A DNA stretch of 64,000 nt from Candidatus Dormiibacterota bacterium. Its GTDB lineage: Bacteria; Chloroflexota; Dormibacteria; Aeolococcales; Aeolococcaceae. The stretch covers positions 289,136 to 353,135 of the forward strand of contig CAWBSL010000003.1 in the NCBI GenBank assembly GCA_963791435.1, written 5' to 3'. Both the position numbers and the translations under genes were made by a program. The notes below the pieces were generated by a model. The model had not been told where the DNA came from and did no database searches. It saw only the letters and a program-made list of their open reading frames with translations. This document shows, piece by piece, positions 60,748-64,000 of the stretch. The stretch's first letter is position 1; the number at the start of each line of letters is the position of its first letter.

Positions 60748-61898
60748 ATGCAGCGCACCGCGGCTCGGCCACACGGTTCCCCGATAACTCCGGTTGTCGT
60801 CTGTGCGCCCAACGCATTCAAGGGAACGCTCAGTGCGCAGGCTGCCGCGGCCGCGATGGCACGCGGGGTTCGCGATGCGGGCGCGATCGCAGTCGAGGTG
60901 CCGGTGGCGGACGGCGGTGACGGCACCCTGGACGTGCTCCTCGCGGCGCTCGGAGCTCGCGCACGCGTGAGCCGCCATCGAGTGACCGGCCCGACCGGCG
61001 GCGGTCTGATCGCGCGTCTCGGATGGCTCGCCCGAGACGAGGCGGTGGTCGAACTCGCCGACGCTTCCGGGCTGCGTCGCGTCGACAGCGCACACCTCGA
61101 CGCGCTCCACGCGACGTCTCGTGGGACCGGCGAGCTCTTGCGGATCGCGGTGGACGCCGGCGCTCGCAGGATCGTGGTGGGTGTCGGCGGGAGTGCCTGC
61201 ACCGACGGAGGTGCCGGACTGCTCTTGGCGCTGGGCGCGCGGCTCACCAACTCCCATGGAGGCGAGATCGGTCCGGGTGGTGCAGGCCTCGGGGCGCTCA
61301 CGGCGATCGACCTGTCACCCGCTGTGCGGCTGCTCTCTGCGTGCTCGATCGAGGTGGCCTGCGACATTCGAGGTCCGCTTCTCGGCCCAACCGGAGCCGC
61401 CCGGATGTTCGCGCCGCAGAAGGGCGCACGCCCGAAGGACGTGGAGCGCCTCGAGCGGGCGCTGGCGCGATTCGCGGCGCTCGCATCCCCCCCGGCACCG
61501 GCGACGTGGCGGCACTGCCCGGAGCCGGAGCGGCTGGAGGCTGCGGATTCGGCCTCGCGCTGCTCGGAGCACAGTTGACCTCGGGCGCCGCATTAGTCTG
61601 CGACCTGGTCGACCTCGATGCTGCTCTCCGCGGCGCTGCCGCCGTGATCACCGGTGAGGGGCGGTTGGATCAGCAGACGCGGGAAGGCAAGGCGCCCGCC
61701 GAGGTCGCCGCTCGAGCGCTGCGCTTCGGAATTCCGTGTATCGCCATCGCCGGGACGGTGGCGGATCCGTCATCGACCGGGTTTCCCGCCACGCTCTCGC
61801 TCGCGACCATGGACCCCACGGTGGACCCGAAGCGACACCCGAAAGCACTCCTGCGTCGCGCCGCGCGTCAGGCCGTCGCCGGCCTCAGCTCCTACTGA
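60748..61898 (+). CDS. glxK: glycerate kinase (GlxK/GarK family), frameshift in the C7 homopolymer at ~61477-61483
   Basis: VVCAPNAFKGTLSA, ADGGDGT and VGVGGSACTDGGAGLL motifs; the C-terminal GFGLALLGAQL...ITGEGRLDQQTREGK continues in the 61023..61898 frame. Confidence 0.7.
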
Positions 61899-62680
61899 CG
61901 GCGAAGGTTCATCGTCCGGATCCACGCCAGGCTTGACGCGGTGTCGAGCAGCGGGCGATATTCAAGCCCCACAAAACCGTCGTATCCAAGGTGATCGAGC
62001 TCGTTGAGAAACGCCTCGATCGGCTGCGCGCCGGTTCCCGGCTCGTGGCGGCCGGGCGCATCGGCGATCTGGACGTGCGCGATGAGCGGCAGGTAGGTCC
62101 GGAGGCACTGGATCGCATCTTCACCGGCCATGGCCGCGTGGTACTGGTCGAGCTGGAGGCGCACGTTGGGATGATTCACGGTCTCCACGAGCGCGGCGGC
62201 GACGGCCACCGTCCCTGCCCAGTACCCCGGGATGTCGACATTGTTGATGGCCTCGACCATCAGCGTGATGCCCGCCTCCTGAGCGAGCGGCGCTGCACGG
62301 TTGAGATTGGCGATCGCCGTCTCGCGCGCCTGCTCGTTCGTGACGTCCGCCGGTGGCACGCCCGCAAGCGTGTTGAGCCGCGTCGTACCAATCCGCGTCG
62401 CGAGCGCGATGGCCTCTCGGACGCCGTCCTGGAACTCCTGCTCGCGGCCCGGCAGGGTGAGCAGTCCGCGTTCGCCGCCAGCCCAATCTCCGGGGAAGGG
62501 GTCGAAATCGACCATCTCAAGATCGAGGGTCTCGAGTGTGGCCGCCAGGCGATGGGCGTCAAGCTCGTGTGGAAAGAGCATCTCGACGTGCGCGAACCCG
62601 ACCGCCGCGGCGGCATCGAATCGCTGAAAGGGCGCGAGGTCCTGCCACAGCATCGAGAGGTTGGCGGCGAATCGAGGCAT
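61892..62680 (-). CDS. hyi: hydroxypyruvate isomerase (xylose-isomerase-like TIM barrel)
   Basis: MPRFAANLSMLWQDLAPFQRFDAAAAVGFAHVEMLFP is a typical Hyi N-terminus. Confidence 0.75.
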   Translation of the reverse strand: MPRFAANLSMLWQDLAPFQRFDAAAAVGFAHVEMLFPHELDAHRLAATLETLDLEMVDFDPFPGDWAGGERGLLTLPGREQEFQDGVREAIALATRIGTTRLNTLAGVPPADVTNEQARETAIANLNRAAPLAQEAGITLMVEAINNVDIPGYWAGTVAVAAALVETVNHPNVRLQLDQYHAAMAGEDAIQCLRTYLPLIAHVQIADAPGRHEPGTGAQPIEAFLNELDHLGYDGFVGLEYRPLLDTASSLAWIRTMNLRRQ

Positions 62681-62681
62681 G

Positions 62682-63572
62682 TCAGGCGCCCGGATTCTTG
62701 CCGGCGGGCCCGTCGGCTTCGCGATCCCAGAATTTCACGAGCGCCGACATGTCCTCGCCTGCCCAGCCGCGTGCCTTCGCCTCGAGATAGCACTGCTCCA
62801 CGAGACCGCCGAGCAACAGCGGCACGCCTGCGCCGGCCGCCTCCGAGTGGATGATCGAGAGGTCCTTGGCGATCAGACCGACCGGGGTTGCCGGACTGAA
62901 GTCTCGAGCCACGTAGCGCGGCAGGTTGCGCAGGAGCATCGCGGAGCTCCCAAAGGAGGTGCCGATGACGTCCTGCACGGTCGCGAGGTCTGCGCCGAGT
63001 GCCACGGCGAACGCCGCCCCCTCGGATGCCGCGAGTGTGTGCACGGCGACGAGGTACTGGTTGACGAGCTTGATCGCCTGCCCGGCACCCACGGGCCCGC
63101 ACAGCCGGATTTTGGCGCCGAATGCCTCGAAGACCGGCAGCGCGCGTTGGAACGTCGCCTCGTCACCACCGACCATCACGGTCAGGGTTCCAGCCTCGGC
63201 ACCTGCCGGGCCGCCCGAGACGGGTGCGTCCAGGAACGCGGCGTCGTGGGAGGCGAGCGCAGCGGCGCAATGCCGGTTCAAGGCGGGGCTGACCGTCGAA
63301 TGATCTGCATAGATCTGGCCCGCCTCGGCGACCTCCGTCATCTCGGCGTAGACCGCGCGAACAGTGTCCTCGGTTGGAAGTGCGGTCAGGATGCAGTCCG
63401 AGCCGGCGGCGAGCTCGCGTGGGGACGGTCGCACCGTCGCTCCCTTGTCCCGCAACGCCAACACGGCGGCGTTCTCGGACCGGTTGCAGATGGCGACCTC
63501 ATGGCCGGCGGCGATGAGACGCTCAGCGATCGGCCGCCCCATCTTGCCGATGCCGACGACGCCGACCTTCAT
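62682..63572 (-). CDS. 2-hydroxy-3-oxopropionate (tartronate semialdehyde) reductase / 3-hydroxyisobutyrate dehydrogenase family
   Basis: GVVGIGKMGRPIAERL Rossmann motif; DAPVSGG; paired with hyi and glxK. Confidence 0.75.
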   Translation of the reverse strand: MKVGVVGIGKMGRPIAERLIAAGHEVAICNRSENAAVLALRDKGATVRPSPRELAAGSDCILTALPTEDTVRAVYAEMTEVAEAGQIYADHSTVSPALNRHCAAALASHDAAFLDAPVSGGPAGAEAGTLTVMVGGDEATFQRALPVFEAFGAKIRLCGPVGAGQAIKLVNQYLVAVHTLAASEGAAFAVALGADLATVQDVIGTSFGSSAMLLRNLPRYVARDFSPATPVGLIAKDLSIIHSEAAGAGVPLLLGGLVEQCYLEAKARGWAGEDMSALVKFWDREADGPAGKNPGA

Positions 63573-63727
63573 GCGAACGCGCGACCTCTGGCGTGCACCA
63601 CGAGCGGATTATTCCGTGTCCACCCCAGGTGACGCGTCGTCCGACTCCAGCCGCGTGGTCTCCGGACGCGCCGCGTCGGAGGGATGCGACCATCGCACCG
63701 AGCGAATCCAGTCAGAGGAGGCCCGAA

Positions 63728-64000
63728 GTGAGCGTCGCCGTCGACCCCGTTCAGAATCCCCAGGCGTATCAGACGATGCTCATCGACCTGGTAGGTGACG
63801 ACGATCCGGCAGTCGTGCAGGAGTCGACTTCGCATGCCCTCCGGGAGGCCGTCGCCGCAGCGGGTGTCCATCTCCGCACCAGGCCGGCTCAGGGCGAATG
63901 GTCGGTGCTCGAGCTGCTCGGGCACATGCTCGATGCCGAGATCATCTCGTCAGCGCGATACCGCTGGGTGATCTCTGAAGAACAGCCCCCACTCGTGCCC
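63728..64000 (+). CDS. DinB-family protein, 3'-partial (continues beyond window)
   Basis: GAGGAGG RBS then GTG; LELLGHMLDAEI motif. Confidence 0.4.
   Translation, partial: MSVAVDPVQNPQAYQTMLIDLVGDDDPAVVQESTSHALREAVAAAGVHLRTRPAQGEWSVLELLGHMLDAEIISSARYRWVISEEQPPLVP

Overview
This is a high-GC (~70%) chromosomal segment that looks actinobacterial and is mostly housekeeping genes. From left to right it carries arsC, a block of DNA-repair genes (polA, mutM, uvrB, radA), ispD-ispF-cysS-rlmB-yacP in a conserved order, fabF, a Crp/Fnr regulator, ECF sigma/anti-sigma pairs, tRNA-Thr(TGT) and tRNA-Thr(GGT), prenyltransferase, reductase and transporter genes, and a glxK-hyi-glxR glycerate module. The main feature is a ~14.2 kb integrative mobilizable element (2415..16607) inserted at the 3' end of tRNA-Leu(CAA), bounded by 53-bp direct repeats and carrying a tyrosine integrase, an excisionase, a DUF4160/DUF2442 pair, a MobF/TrwC relaxase but no type IV secretion genes, and an 18-bp x7 tandem iteron array. 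Its cargo is what I consider the most interesting, apparently undescribed system. It encodes a 65-aa precursor peptide with a 24-aa leader and a 41-aa core containing 10 cysteines, under a consensus-like promoter, followed by a MauE/DoxX-like membrane protein, a membrane-anchored TlpA-like CxxC thioredoxin, a fused TMD-NBD ABC exporter and a small type I signal peptidase. It also carries an FtsX/MacB-type ABC module that is about 90% identical in its ATPase to a chromosomal copy 30 kb away in inverted orientation, which I read as a candidate immunity transporter; the chromosomal copy sits beside an ECF sigma/anti-sigma pair. Many conserved genes (polA, uvrB, radA, glxK and others) are split by single frameshifts. 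At least one falls in a C7 homopolymer, which points to sequencing indel errors rather than real pseudogenes. Starts refined by hand are accurate to about +/-3 nt; ORF-track coordinates are used wherever possible.
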